Part shown: positions 52,748 through 64,000 of the stretch, one piece after another
Numbering within the stretch: position 1 is the stretch's first letter
Layout: every line of letters begins with the position of its first letter
DNA from: Malacoraja senta
Lineage: Eukaryota
Direction of reading: 5' to 3'
Assembly (NCBI GenBank): GCA_038087875.1
Contig: CM075994.1
Span: 10,480,001 to 10,544,000, forward strand
Length of the DNA: 64,000 bases
The notes under the pieces: model-generated
Database searches by the model: none
What the model was told of the DNA's origin: nothing
What the model saw: only the letters and a program-made list of their open reading frames with translations
Position numbers and translations under genes: made by a program

Positions 52748-54737
52748 CAGCGTTTCGCAACCTTTTTAACCTGGCGGAACCCTTGAAATAATTTTCATGT
52801 CTCGGGAACCTGTGCGTAAAAAATATTATATCTTTATTAATCTTTCTCTCACTTTCATAAACTTAAAGTTCATAAGGGCAAACATAATAAATGTTCCTGA
52901 TGTTTAAGAAGGAACTGCAGATTCTGGAAAATCGAAGGTAGACAAAAGTGCTGGAGAAACTCAGCGGGTGAGGCAGCATCTATGGAGCGAAGAAATGGGC
53001 AACGTTTTTCTGATAATTGGTTTAAGCAAAAATAACTTGCGTTTTTCTCAAGTTTATTGACAATGCAACAAAAAAAACTGAAATCAAACTGCTTGTTAAC
53101 CATATAACCATAACAGCACGGAAACAGGCCATCTCGGCCCTTCAAGTCCGTGCCGAACACTTTTTCTTCTTTTTTTCTCCCCCCCTCCTTTCTTCTTACT
53201 TCCCCCTAGTCCCATCTACCTGCACTCAGACCATATCCCTCCATTCCTTTCCCGTCCATATACCCATACAATCTATTTTTAAAGGATAAAATCGAACCTG
53301 CCTCCACCACTTCCACTGGAAGCTCATTCCACACAGCTACCACTCTCTGAGTAAAGAAGTTCCCCCTAATGTTACCCCTAAACTTCTGTCCCTTAATTCT
53401 CAAGTCATGTCCCCTTGTTTGAATCTTCCCTACTCTCAATGGGAAAAGCTTATCCACGTCAACTCTCTCCAACCCGCTCATCATTTTAAAGACCTCTATC
53501 AAGTCCCCCCTTAACCTTCTGCGCTCCAAATAATAAAGACCTAACTTGTTCAACCTTTCTCTGTAACTTAGTTGCTGAAACCCAGGCAACATTCTAGTAA
53601 ATCTCCTCTGTACTCTCTCTATTTTGTTGACATCCTTCCTATAATTAGGCGACCAAAATTGTACTCCATACTCCAGAATTGGCCTCGCCAATGCCTTGTA
53701 CAATTTTAACATTACATCCCAACTTCTATATTCAATGCTCTGATTTATAAAGGCCAGCACACCAAAAGCTTTCTTTACCACCCTATCTACATGAGATTCC
53801 ACCTTCAGGGAACTATGCACAGTTATTCCTAGATCCCTCTGTTCAACTGCATTCCTCAATTCGCTACCATTTACCATGTACGTCCTATTTTGATTTGTCC
53901 TGCCGAGATGTAGCACCTCACATTTATCAGCATTAAACTCCATCTGCCATCTTTCAGCCCACTCTTCCAAATGGCCTAAATCTCTGTAGACTTTGAAAAT
54001 CTATTTCACCATCCACAACACCACCTATCTTGAGTATCATCTGCATACTTACTAATCCAATTTTCCACACTATCATCCAGATCATTGATGTACAAGACAA
54101 ACAACAGTGGACCCAACACAGACCCCTGAGGCACCCCACCTCAGGGGTCTGTTAAAAACTGAAGCAAATAACGGCAAACGGAAGAACTAACCTTGGTGGG
54201 GGGGGGGGAGAGGGAGATAGAGATAGAGAGAGATCAACACCCATAAACTCTTCATTAACTAACAAAAACATACATCAATAAACCTTTGATAAAATTCATT
54301 TTATCAAAATGATAATCAAAATGATTTATCAAAATTTTTATCAAAAACTTTTTTAAAATTCATATAAAATTCCCTTGATGATGGGTGAAAATTGCTAAAT
54401 AATGTGGGTGAGTGTGGGTCTGCACGCCAGGAAGCACAGACAGGACTGATGGAGACCGTGCATGCGTCTGTACTCGAGTGAGTCACTTGATGATACACGA
54501 GCCCGTCACGTACAGCTCTTGTCCACTGACCACTACAGGCCGTTTCACACTGGCCCCGTATAGACGTCGCTAAATATGCCGTACGTGTATAATAAAATTA
54601 CGAATATGATATTAAGCACAAGTGACTCAAAAATGCATTTACATGAGATTAGCCTATTTATCACAATTTCTCTCGGAACCCCTGGCGACCTCTCGCGGAA
54701 CCCTCGTGTTCCGGGGAACCCCGGTTGAGAAATGCTG
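52748..54737. mobile_element. hAT-Charlie-like non-autonomous element with nested Penelope and CR1, itself inserted in a SINE
   Basis: TIRs CAGCGTTTCGCAACC / GGTTGAGAAATGCTG and subterminal GGAACCC repeats. TSD not evident. Confidence 0.7.
53098..54137 (-). mobile_element. CR1 LINE 3' ~1 kb
   Basis: ORF 53206-53970 WQMEFNADKCEVLHLG...LWNELP-like, extending to the [10 protein letters not shown] region. Confidence 0.92.
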
Positions 54738-55084
54738 CTCTGTCCAGAGTGGATGAGAAAGTGGGATAACGTGGAACTAGTGGGAACGGGTGATTTGGAC
54801 CTGGTGGGCCCAAGGGCTCGTTTCCTTGCTGTAACTAGACTAAACTAGTATCAAAATGCAGGCAGGTGGGACTAGTGTAAATGCGGCATCTTGGTTGGCA
54901 TGGGCAAGTTGAGCTGAAGGGCCTGTTTCTGTAACTCGTGAGGGGGAAGGGAAGGAAACAGGTCATTCTGATTGTGCAAGGTGCTTTTATTTACACATAA
55001 GCAGGGTTAGGAATGCAAGCACCCTCCGAAAAACACTGATAAAATTGACTTGCAAGGCTGGATCAGTGTAGTTCTGAACTAGAG

Positions 55085-55205
55085 TCAAGATTCAAGTGAG
55101 TTTATTGTCATGTGTCCCAGATAGGACAATGAAATTCTTGCTTTGCTTCAGCGCAACAGAATATAGTAGGCATAAATACAGAACAGATCAGTGTGTCCAT
55201 ATACC

Positions 55206-55245
<40 letters not shown>

Positions 55246-55830
55246 AATAATCAGATAAAGTGCAATGGGCTATTAATGTTCAGAGTTTTGTTTGAGTTGA
55301 GTTTAATAGCCTGATGGCTGTAGGGAAGTAGCTATTCCTGAACCTGGATGTTGCAGATTTCAGGCTCCTGTACCTTCTACCTGAAGGTAGCGGGGAGATG
55401 AGTGAGTGGCCAGGATGGTGTGGGTCCTTGATGATGCTGGCAGCCTTTTTGAGGCAGCGACTGCGATAGATCCCCTCGATGGTGGGGAGGTCAGAGCCAA
55501 TGATGGACTGGGCAGTGGTCACAACATTTTGCAGTCTTTTCCGCTCCTGGGCGCTCAAGTTGCCGAACCAAGCCACGATGCAACCGGTCAGCATGCTCTC
55601 TACTGTGCACCTGTAGAAGTTCGAGAGAGTCCTCCTCGACATACCGACTCTCCATAATCTTCTCGGGAAGTAGGGGCGCTGATGTGCTTCCTTTATAATT
55701 GCATCCGTGTTCTTGGACCAGGAGAGATCTTCAGAGATGTGCACGCCCAGGAATTTGAAGCTCTTGACCCTCTCCACCATCGACCCGTTGATATAAACTG
55801 GACTGTGGGTCCCCGTCCTACCCCTTCCAA
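55085..55830 (-). mobile_element. Rex1/Babar LINE 3' fragment
   Basis: VERVKSFKFLGVHISEDLSW...FYRCTVESMLTGCIVAWFGN...LPSGRRYRS...RFRNSYFPTAIRLLN. Confidence 0.88.
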
Positions 55831-55877
55831 ACTAGCATGCGTGCACTCAGATTAAATGCAGATATTTTACTTCAGAC

Positions 55878-56307
55878 CAGGGGTGGGCAACCTTGTTCTG
55901 CATAGGGGCCGGGGCGCATGTCTGTGAGCGGATGGCGGGCCACATCTATCACCTGTACACATGGATCCCGCCCCGGATGGCAGGCATCGCAACACGTGTT
56001 CACAGAAGGCAGACAAAAATGCTGGAGAAACTCAGCGGGTGAGGCAGCCTCATGCAATCCTTGCATGTCTCACCTGCTCGAGTTTCTCCAGCATTTTTTG
56101 TCTTGCCTTCGGTTTTTCCAGCATCTGCAGTTCTTTCTTAAACGTGTTCACACAAGGAGCGCGGCCGTGCCGCCGGCTTTGCGCAGGATGCGGTGCAGCC
56201 AAAGCTCGCCGCTCGGAGGGACGAATAATTACGGGGGGGGGGGGGGGGGGGGAATCCACCTGCGGGCCGGATGATTTCTGGTTACGGCCATAAGTTGTCG
56301 ACCCCTA
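55878..56307. mobile_element. hAT-Charlie-like MITE
   Basis: TIRs CAGGGGTGGGCAAC / GTTGTCGACCCCTA. TSD CTTCAGAC / CTTTAGAC. Confidence 0.8.
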
Positions 56308-56617
56308 CTTTAGACAGACAGCGTCCCTGCATTCCCTCTATCACAATATCAATTAGTGTACAGGGTTATTAAAATGCCGTCTCATTAAGACTTTTCCTAA
56401 TTGAAACAATGTTCTTGTACTCAATGGTGTGAAGAGGGACTCTGACCCGAAACATCACCTAACCAACATTCTCCCTGGATGCTGCCTGACCTGATGAATT
56501 ACTCCAGAGCTTTAATCTCGTTTTCTTGTACTCAAACCGTGCAGTAAATTCCCACATGCCAAAAGCGTTAGTCCTTCCTTGCTCAACCTGCAGGTAAAGA
56601 GCTTGGGAATATCCTAA

Positions 56618-56772
56618 GGGCCTGACCCACTTCCGCGACCTTTACAGGCGACTGCCGCGACCTGGAAAATTCAGCGGCGACCGGAAAGATGCTACGACTC
56701 TTTGGAGACCTCTCACGACCTATCACGGGTCGCAGCAGTCGCTTGTAAAGGTCGCGTAAGTGGGACAGGCCC
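56618..56772. mobile_element. PIF/Harbinger-like MITE
   Basis: ~45-bp TIRs beginning GGGCCTG(A/T)CCCACTT, with TAA-like flanks. Confidence 0.75.
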
Positions 56773-57204
56773 ATAAGTATGCAATAAATAATTCTTTGCA
56801 TGCAGTACATGTGATGTATGGGGGAAAAATCTGAACAATCACATCAGTCTGAAGAAGGGTCTCGACCCGAAACGTCACCCATTCCGTCTCTCCAGAGATG
56901 CTGCCTGAGTCCCGCTGAGTTACCCCAGCTTTTTGTGTCTATCTTCGGTTTAAACCAGCATCTGCCGTTCCTTGCTACACATCAGGTGTGGAAGTGCCCC
57001 ATTGTAGGCAGCCAATGCCCAAGGCGGGAGATTGCCTTGCTGAGAAACTGTTGCCCTCTTTTTAGTTTCGCTTAGAGATACGGCGTGGGAACAGGCCCTT
57101 CGGCCCACCGAGTCTGCAGATCATAGACCATAGGTGCAGGAGTAGGCCCTTCGTGCCGCCATTCACTGTGATCATGGCTGATCATCTACAATCAGTACCT
57201 GTTC

Positions 57205-57735
57205 CTGGTGACCCACTCCCCCCCCCCGAACCAGGTGACCCACTCCCCCCCCCCCGAACCAGGTGACCCACTCCCCCCCCCCGAACCAGGTGACCCACTC
57301 CCCTCCCCCGACCCAGGTGACCAACTCCCCCCAGAACCAGGTGCCTCACTCCCCCCCCCCGAACCAGGTGACCCACTCCCACTCCCCCCCAAACCAGGTG
57401 ACCCACTCCCCCCCACAAACCAGGTGACCCACTCCCCCCCACAAACCAGGTGACCCACTCCCCCCCCGCACCAGGAGACCCATTCCCCCCCCACAAACCA
57501 GGCGACCCACCCCCCCCGAACCAGGCGACCCACCCCCCCCGAACCAGGCGACCCACCCCCCCCGAACCAGGGGACCCACTCCCCATCCGCACCAGGTGAC
57601 CCACTCCCCGACAAACCAGGTGACCCACTCCCCCCCACACCAGGTGACCTACTCCCCGTTGAACCAGATGACCCACTCTCGCCCCCCGCACCAGGTGACC
57701 CAATCCTGCCCGCACCCAGGTGACCCACTCCCCCA
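57205..57735. repeat. C-rich minisatellite, ~25-27-bp unit CCAGGTGACCCACTCCCCCCCCGAA, about 20 copies
   Basis: Directly visible tandem array. Confidence 0.95.
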
Positions 57736-58882
57736 ATGGCTTCACTCAGTCAAGTCCCCACACTCCCCCGATCAGCGATCCCTGCGCACTAACACTATCC
57801 TACCCTCACTAGGGACAATTTTACCAAGCCAATTGTCCTGCAAACCTGTATGTCTTTGTAGTGTGGGAGGAAACTGGAGCACCTGGAGAAAACCCACGTG
57901 GTCCCAGGGAAAAAGTACACAAACTGTACAGACGGCACCGGTGGTCAGGATCGAACCTGGGTCTCTGGCGCTGAAAGGCAGCAACTCTACCGCTGTGCCA
58001 CCGAGCCGCCCTCTTGCAATCCTGCAGTGAACGCCACATAGCAGCTGCATTCCTTGCTCGACCTGCAAGTATTGGGAACATCCCAGGAATGCAGGAAGTG
58101 GTTCTTTGCATGCAGAATGGGAGTTGGGGGAAAACTGAGCTTTCACTGTGCTCCCTTAAAGGCAGTCAATGCCTGAGACGGCTGTTTTAGATTGCATTGC
58201 TGTGAATCCATTTCCATAGTTTCTGAAACTTGTGACTTGTTTATTTAGAAGGATGGGAGGGGTTCATATCGAAACATATAAAAGGGTTTGGACACGCTGG
58301 ATGCAGGAAACGTGTTCCCGATATTGGGGGGGGGGGGGGGTGCAGAACCAGGGGCCACAGTTTAAGAATAAGGGGTAAGCCATTTGGAACTGAGATGAGG
58401 AAAAATGTTTTCATCCAGAGAGTTGTGAATTTGTGGAATTCTCTGCCTCAGAGGGCAGCGGAGGCCGATTCACTGGATGCATTCAAAAGAGAGTTAGATA
58501 GAGGTCTCAGGGCTAGCGGAATCAAGGGATATGGGGAGAAGGCAGGAATGGGTACTGATTGTGGATGATCAGCCATGATCACATTGAATGACGGCAAGCC
58601 ATTTAGAACAGAGAGGAGAAAACACTTTTTCACACAGAGAGTTGAGAGTCTGTGGAATTCTCTGCCTCGGAGGGCAGTGGAGGCCGGTTCTCTGGATACT
58701 TTCAAGAGAGAGCTAGATAGGGCACTTAAAGATAGCAGAGTCAGCGGATATGGGGAGAAGGCAGGAACGGGGTACTGATTGGGGATGATCAGCCATGATC
58801 ACATTGAATGGCGGTGCTGGGTCGAAGGGGTGAGCAGCCTACTCCTACACCTATTGTCTATGTATTTATGTTACCCATGCAG

Positions 58883-58994
58883 GATTCACCCACTTCAGAG
58901 GACTTGGAGCAGTTTGCAAAGGAGCTGAAGATGAAGCGTATTACAATGGGCTTCACACAGGCCGAGGTGGGCTTGGCGCTTGGGGCTTTGTATG
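58883..58994 (+). CDS. Class V POU exon 2 (start of POU-specific domain)
   Basis: gcag|GAT...TATG|gtgagt. Encodes [37 protein letters not shown](G). Confidence 0.95.
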
Positions 58995-60054
58995 GTGAGT
59001 ATCAATAGTTGGTCCAGACAAGGCTATGGTTTAAATCTCAGCGTTTAAAATAATCCCCAGTGATTTTACAAAGTGCGACTGAAGCATTGTCCGTTCCACC
59101 TGTGGCTTCATGGAAGAGATTGTTCTCTCTTGGGCCTGCACGGTGGCTCAATAGACAATAGGTGCAGGAGTAGGCCATTCGGCCCTTTGAGCAGCACCGC
59201 CATCCAATGTGATCATGGCTGATCATCCCCAATCAGTACCCCGTTCCTGCCTTCTCCCCATATCCCCTGACTGCTATCTTTAAGAGCCCTATCTAGCTCT
59301 CTCTTGAAAGTATCCAGAGAACCGGCCTCCACCGCCCTCTGAGGCGAAGAATTCCACAGACTCACAACTCTCTGTGTGAAAAAGTGTTTCCTCATCTCCA
59401 TAATAAATGGTTTATCCCTTATGCTTAAACTGTGGCTCTCCATAATAAATGGTTTATCCCTTATGCTTAAACTGTGGCCCCTGTTCTGGAACTCCCCCAA
59501 TATCAGGAACATGTGTCCTGCCTCTAGCGTGCCCAAACCCTTAATCTTATATTTCCAATAAGATCCACTCTCACCCTTCTAAAGTATACAAGCCCAGCTG
59601 CTCCATTCTCTCAGCATATGACAGTCCCGCCATTCCCGGGAATTAACCTCGTGAACCTACACTGCATTCCCTCAATAGCAAGGATGTCCTTCCTCAAATT
59701 AGGGGACCAAAACTGCACACAATACTCCAGGTGTGGTCTCACCAGGGCCCTGTACAACTGCAGAAGGACCTCTTTGCTCCTATCCTCAACTCGATGGTGG
59801 AGATGCTGCCTTGCAGTGCCAGAGAACCAGGTTCGATCCTGTCTATGGGTGCTGTCGGTATGGAGTTGGTACGTTCTCCCCATGGGTTTTCTCCAGGTGC
59901 TCCTGTTTCCTCCCACAGTCCAAAGACATGCAGGTTTGTAGGTTAATTGGCTTCGGTAAAGATTGTAAATTGTTCCAAGTGTGTAGCATAGAGCTAGGAT
60001 CACTGATCGGCGTAGTGGGCCGAAGGTCCTCTAAACTCTGTATCTCTAAACTAA

Positions 60055-60417
60055 AGGTAGACACAAATGCTGGAGTAACTCAGCGGGTGAGGCAGCATCT
60101 ATGGAGAGAAGGAATAGTGACGTTTCGGGTCGAGACCCTTCTTTCAGACATGCGGGGATGGGGCGGGGGTGGGAGGAAGAAAGGAAGAGGCCCTAGACAG
60201 TGGGCTGTGGGTGAGCTGGGGAAGGGAAGGAGGGAGAAAGCAAGGACTACCTGAAATTGGATAAGTCATTGTTCATACCGCTGGGGTGTAAACTACCGAA
60301 GTGAAATATGAGGTGCTGCTCCTCCAATTTACTGGTGGGAATAACTCTGGCCATGGAGGAGGCCCAGGACGGAAAGGTCGGATTCGGAATGGGAAGTGCT
60401 GAGCCACCGGGAGATCA
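60055..60417 (-). mobile_element. Penelope-like element 3' fragment
   Basis: Same sequence family as 8805-9187. Confidence 0.8.
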
Positions 60418-61091
60418 ATGTTGATATAGCTGTTCATATTGTTCACAAGTCAATGTTCATACCGCTGGGGTGTAAACTACCCAAGCGAAAAATGAAGTGC
60501 TGTTCCTCTAATTTGCGCTGGGCCTCACTCAATCATAGAAACATAGAAAATAGGTGCAGGAGGAGGCATTTGGCCCTTCGAGCCAGCACCACCATTCATT
60601 GTGATGCATGGCTGATCATCCCTATCAATAACCCGTGCCTGCCTTCTCCCCATATCCCTTGATTCCACTAGCCCCTAGAGCTCTATCTAACTCTCTCTAA
60701 AATCCATCCAGTGACTTGGCCTCCACTGCCCTCTGTGGCAGGGAATTCAACAAATTCACAACTCTGGGTGAAAAAGTTTTTCTCACCTCAGTCTTAAATG
60801 GCCTCCCCTTTATTCTAAGACTGTGGCCCCTGGTTCTGGACTCGCCCAACATTGGGAACATTTTTCCTGCATCTAGCTTGTCCAGTCCTTTTATAATTTT
60901 ATATGTTTCTATAAGATCCCCCCTCATCCTTCTAAACTTTAGTGAATACAAGCCCAGTCTTTTCAATCTTTCCTCGTATGACAGTCCCGCCATCCCAGGG
61001 ATCAATCTCGTGAACCTACGCTGCACTGCTCAATCGTGTCCCTTCAGCTCGGGTTTGGGGGAAGTGGTTTTGAAGCTCTATTTCTTTCCAG

Positions 61092-61222
61092 GAAAGATGT
61101 TCAGCCAGACGACCATCTGTCGATTTGAGGCCCTACAGTTGAGTTACAAGAACATGTGTAAGCTGAAGCCCCTGCTGCAGCGGTGGCTGGAGGAGGCCAA
61201 GGACAGTGACAACTTTCAAGAG
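61092..61222 (+). CDS. Class V POU exon 3 (POU-specific domain and linker)
   Basis: ttccag|GA...GAG|gtgagt. Encodes [43 protein letters not shown]. It is 131 nt with POU5-type intron positions. Confidence 0.96.
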
Positions 61223-61275
61223 GTGAGTGCGAAGGGAATTGATTGGAACAAACACCTCAGTGATTCCTACGATAT

Positions 61276-62230
61276 CAAGTCAAGTCAATTTTATTTCTAC
61301 AGCACATTTAAAAACAACTCTCGTTGACCAAGGTAGGCAAAAGTGCTGGAGAAACTCAGCGGGTGCAGCAGCATCTATGGAGCGAAGGAAGTAGGCAACG
61401 TTTCGGGCCAAAAACCCTTCTTCAGACAAGGAAATGGGCAATGTTTCGGCCGAAACCCTTCTTCAGACTGAAGTACGACCTGAGACGTACCAGGGCCCCA
61501 TCCCTGACCTCTAGGCTATGGGCACGCGCATGGGCCCTAGCTATGCCTGCCTCTTTGTAGGGTACGTCAAACAATCCTTGTTCGAGACGTACCAGGGCCC
61601 TATCCCTGACCTCTATCTCGTTGACCAAAGTGCTTTACATCAGTGCAGGTACTAACGTGTTACATACAGTTGTACATAGATCAACAATACATACATAAAT
61701 ACATACATACAGCGCTCCCTCAGAGGACCTAAAGAAAGGCTTGTGAGTAGAAATAGGTTTTGAGTCTAGACTTAAAGGAGTCGATGGAGGGGGCAGTTCT
61801 GATGAGGAGCGGGACGCAGTTCCACAGTCTAGGTGCTGCAACCGCAAAAGCGTGGTCACCCCTGAGCTTAAACCTGGACCGCGGGATAGTCAGTAGCCCA
61901 AGTCGGCCGACCTGAGGGACCTGGAGGTAGAATGGTGGGTTAGAAGATTTTTGGTATAGGTGGGGGCAAGCCCGTTAAGGGCTTTGTATACATATAGGAG
62001 GAGCTTGAAGTTGATTCTGTACCATACAGGGAGCCAGTGGAGAGAGGCCAGAATCGGGGTGATGATGTGGTCCCTTTTACGGGTACCCGTCAGAAGTCTC
62101 GCTGCGGCGTTTTGGACCAATTACAGGCGGGACAGGGATGATTGGCTGATGCCAGTGTAAAGGGATTTGCAGTAATCAAGGAGGGAGGAGATGAATGCGT
62201 GGATGATTTTTTCAAGATCGTTGAATGGAG
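61276..62230 (-). mobile_element. L2 LINE 3' fragment with nested Penelope insert
   Basis: Reverse complement of 6740-7370. ORF 61890-62120 LVQNAAARLLTG... Confidence 0.88.
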
Positions 62231-63407
62231 AATATGATACGATTAACTTTATTTATCCCGGGAGGGAAATTAATTTGCCAACAGTCATAAAAAAAAAACA
62301 CGACAAAGTACATGAAACATAGCGTAATACAGTGCAGAAACGGGGCCCAACGCGCCCACATACCGGCCAACAATGCCCCAGCTACCCTACTCCCACTTGC
62401 CTGTGCTTTGTCCATATCCTCCAAACCTGTCCTACCTATCCATGTTACCTGTCCAACTGTTTCTTAAATGATGGGATAGTCCCTGCCTCAACTACCTCCT
62501 CTGGCAGCTTGTTCCATACACCCACCATCCTCTGTGTGAAAAAGTTACCCCTCGGATTCCTATTAAATCTTTTCCCCTTCACCTTCAACCTGTGTCCTCT
62601 GGTCCTCGATTCCCTACTCTAGGTAAAAGACTGTGCATCGACCCGATCTATTCCTCTTGTGATTTTGTATTCTCTGAGATCTATACCTCTATACAAAATC
62701 ATGGATGAGAGGAGATCTCATTGAAACATATAAGATTATTAAAGGTTTTGGACACACTAGAGGCAGGAAACATGTTCCCGATGTTGGGGAGTCAGCAACC
62801 GCCATTTAATGTGATCATGGCTGATCATCCACAATCAGTACCCCGTTCCTGCCTTCCTGTTTTCTGTCTCTAATGTGTCCAAACACTTAATAATCTGGTA
62901 TGTTTCAATAAGATTCCTCTCATCCTTCTAAATTCCAGTGTATACAGGCCCAGCCGCTCCAGTCTATCAACGTATGACAGTCCTGGGAATTAACCTTGTG
63001 AACCTACGCTGCACTCCCTCAATAGCAAGAATGTCCTTCTCAAATTTTGGAGACCAAAAACTGCACACAATACTCCAGGTGTGGTCTCACTAGGGCCCTG
63101 TACAACTGCAGAAGGACCTCTTTTGTCCTGTACTCAACTCCTCTTGTTATGAAGACCAACTTACCATTCGCTTTCTTCACTGCCTGCTGTACCTGCACGC
63201 TTACTTTCCTTTACCTAAAATTGAAGAAGTCAATGTTCGTACCATTGGGTTGTGAGCTAACTGCCCAAGTGGGATTTGAGGTCTGCTCCTCCAGTTTGTG
63301 TGTGCACTAGGAGGTAGCCTTGCTTTTGTGGACGTTCACTGCAGATAACTATCCGACTGGTGCTAGTCCGAGACCAAAGCACCAAGCGGAGGTGGCATGT
63401 ATACTAA

Positions 63408-63770
63408 AGGGCCGTCATTTGCAACCTCATTTACGCGTCATATGTAAAATAGGTCGCGTGCAAAGCACGCATCAGCACATCCGTCTGGTGCGCGTGCCGT
63501 CATTAGAATACCCTGTGGCGTGCGGCAACGCATGATTACTGATGTTGACATCACCATGCGATACAGGTGAAACGTCGGGACGCCAGCGTGCGACGCCAAT
63601 TGCGTCAGCGTGCGTGTGCGTTACGTCACACTATGAAATCCTGGCGTGACCGCAAGCGATTCCACGCCAGACATTGCGCAAGGCGTGCGTCACCCACGTG
63701 CACCCCACGCATCACGACGCATCGACCTATTTTACATATGATGGGTAAATGAGACGTGGGACCAGGCCCT
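63408..63770. mobile_element. PIF/Harbinger-like MITE just upstream of POU5 exon 4
   Basis: Termini AGGGCC / GGCCCT with internal inverted CATATGTAAAATAGGTCG / CGACCTATTTTACATATG. Confidence 0.65.
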
Positions 63771-63838
63771 TTTTTTAGTGTTGGTGGGTGGGGACGATGT
63801 ACGTTAACCTCCGTCACCATTCCGTGAATATTTAACAG

Positions 63839-64000
63839 CTATGCACCATAGACCAGACGCTGGCTTCATCCCGCAAGAGGAAGCGACGGACCAGCATTGA
63901 TAATAATGTGAAGGAGGCGCTGGAGAATTTCTTCACCGTCTGCCCAAAGCCATCCACCCAGGAGATCTCCAAGATTGCAGATGACCTAAAACCTGGAAAA
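63839..64000 (+). CDS. Class V POU exon 4 (linker and homeodomain), truncated by the window end
   Basis: taacag|CTA. Encodes LCTIDQTLASSRKRKRRTSIDNNVKEALENFFTVCPKPSTQEISKIADDL. Confidence 0.95.

Noticed and set aside
57205..57735. CRISPR-like array, or Gly/Pro-rich ORFs 57182-57745
   Set aside because: No unique spacers, no cas genes and a vertebrate context. The ORFs are translations of a minisatellite.

Overview
Eukaryotic genomic DNA, most likely from a skate or other elasmobranch (inferred from HE1-type V-SINEs and matching CR1 LINE tails). Most of the window is nested transposon debris: CR1, L2, Rex1/Babar, Tx1, Penelope, SINEs and hAT/Harbinger MITEs. Two spliced + strand genes are buried in it. 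(1) An NPDC1-family gene has 7 coding exons at 12283-28621; its first exon was not found. It is divergent and possibly the NPDC1L paralogue. (2) A class V POU gene (OCT4/POU5F1-POU5F3 family) has exons 1-4 at 47351-64000 and runs off the window end. It carries two apparent 1-bp frameshifts, which could be assembly error or decay. A full-length processed RPL27 pseudogene, split by two CR1 insertions, lies at 9218-10592. The most striking non-genic signal is many short Penelope terminal modules with a minimal hammerhead-ribozyme-like core (CUGAnGA-A-stem II-GAAAC-GUH). Several are ~100-bp inserts with their own target-site duplications, and one sits in a ~390-bp palindrome in POU5 intron 1. Repeat coordinates are approximate; exon coordinates were read by hand from splice sites and frame.
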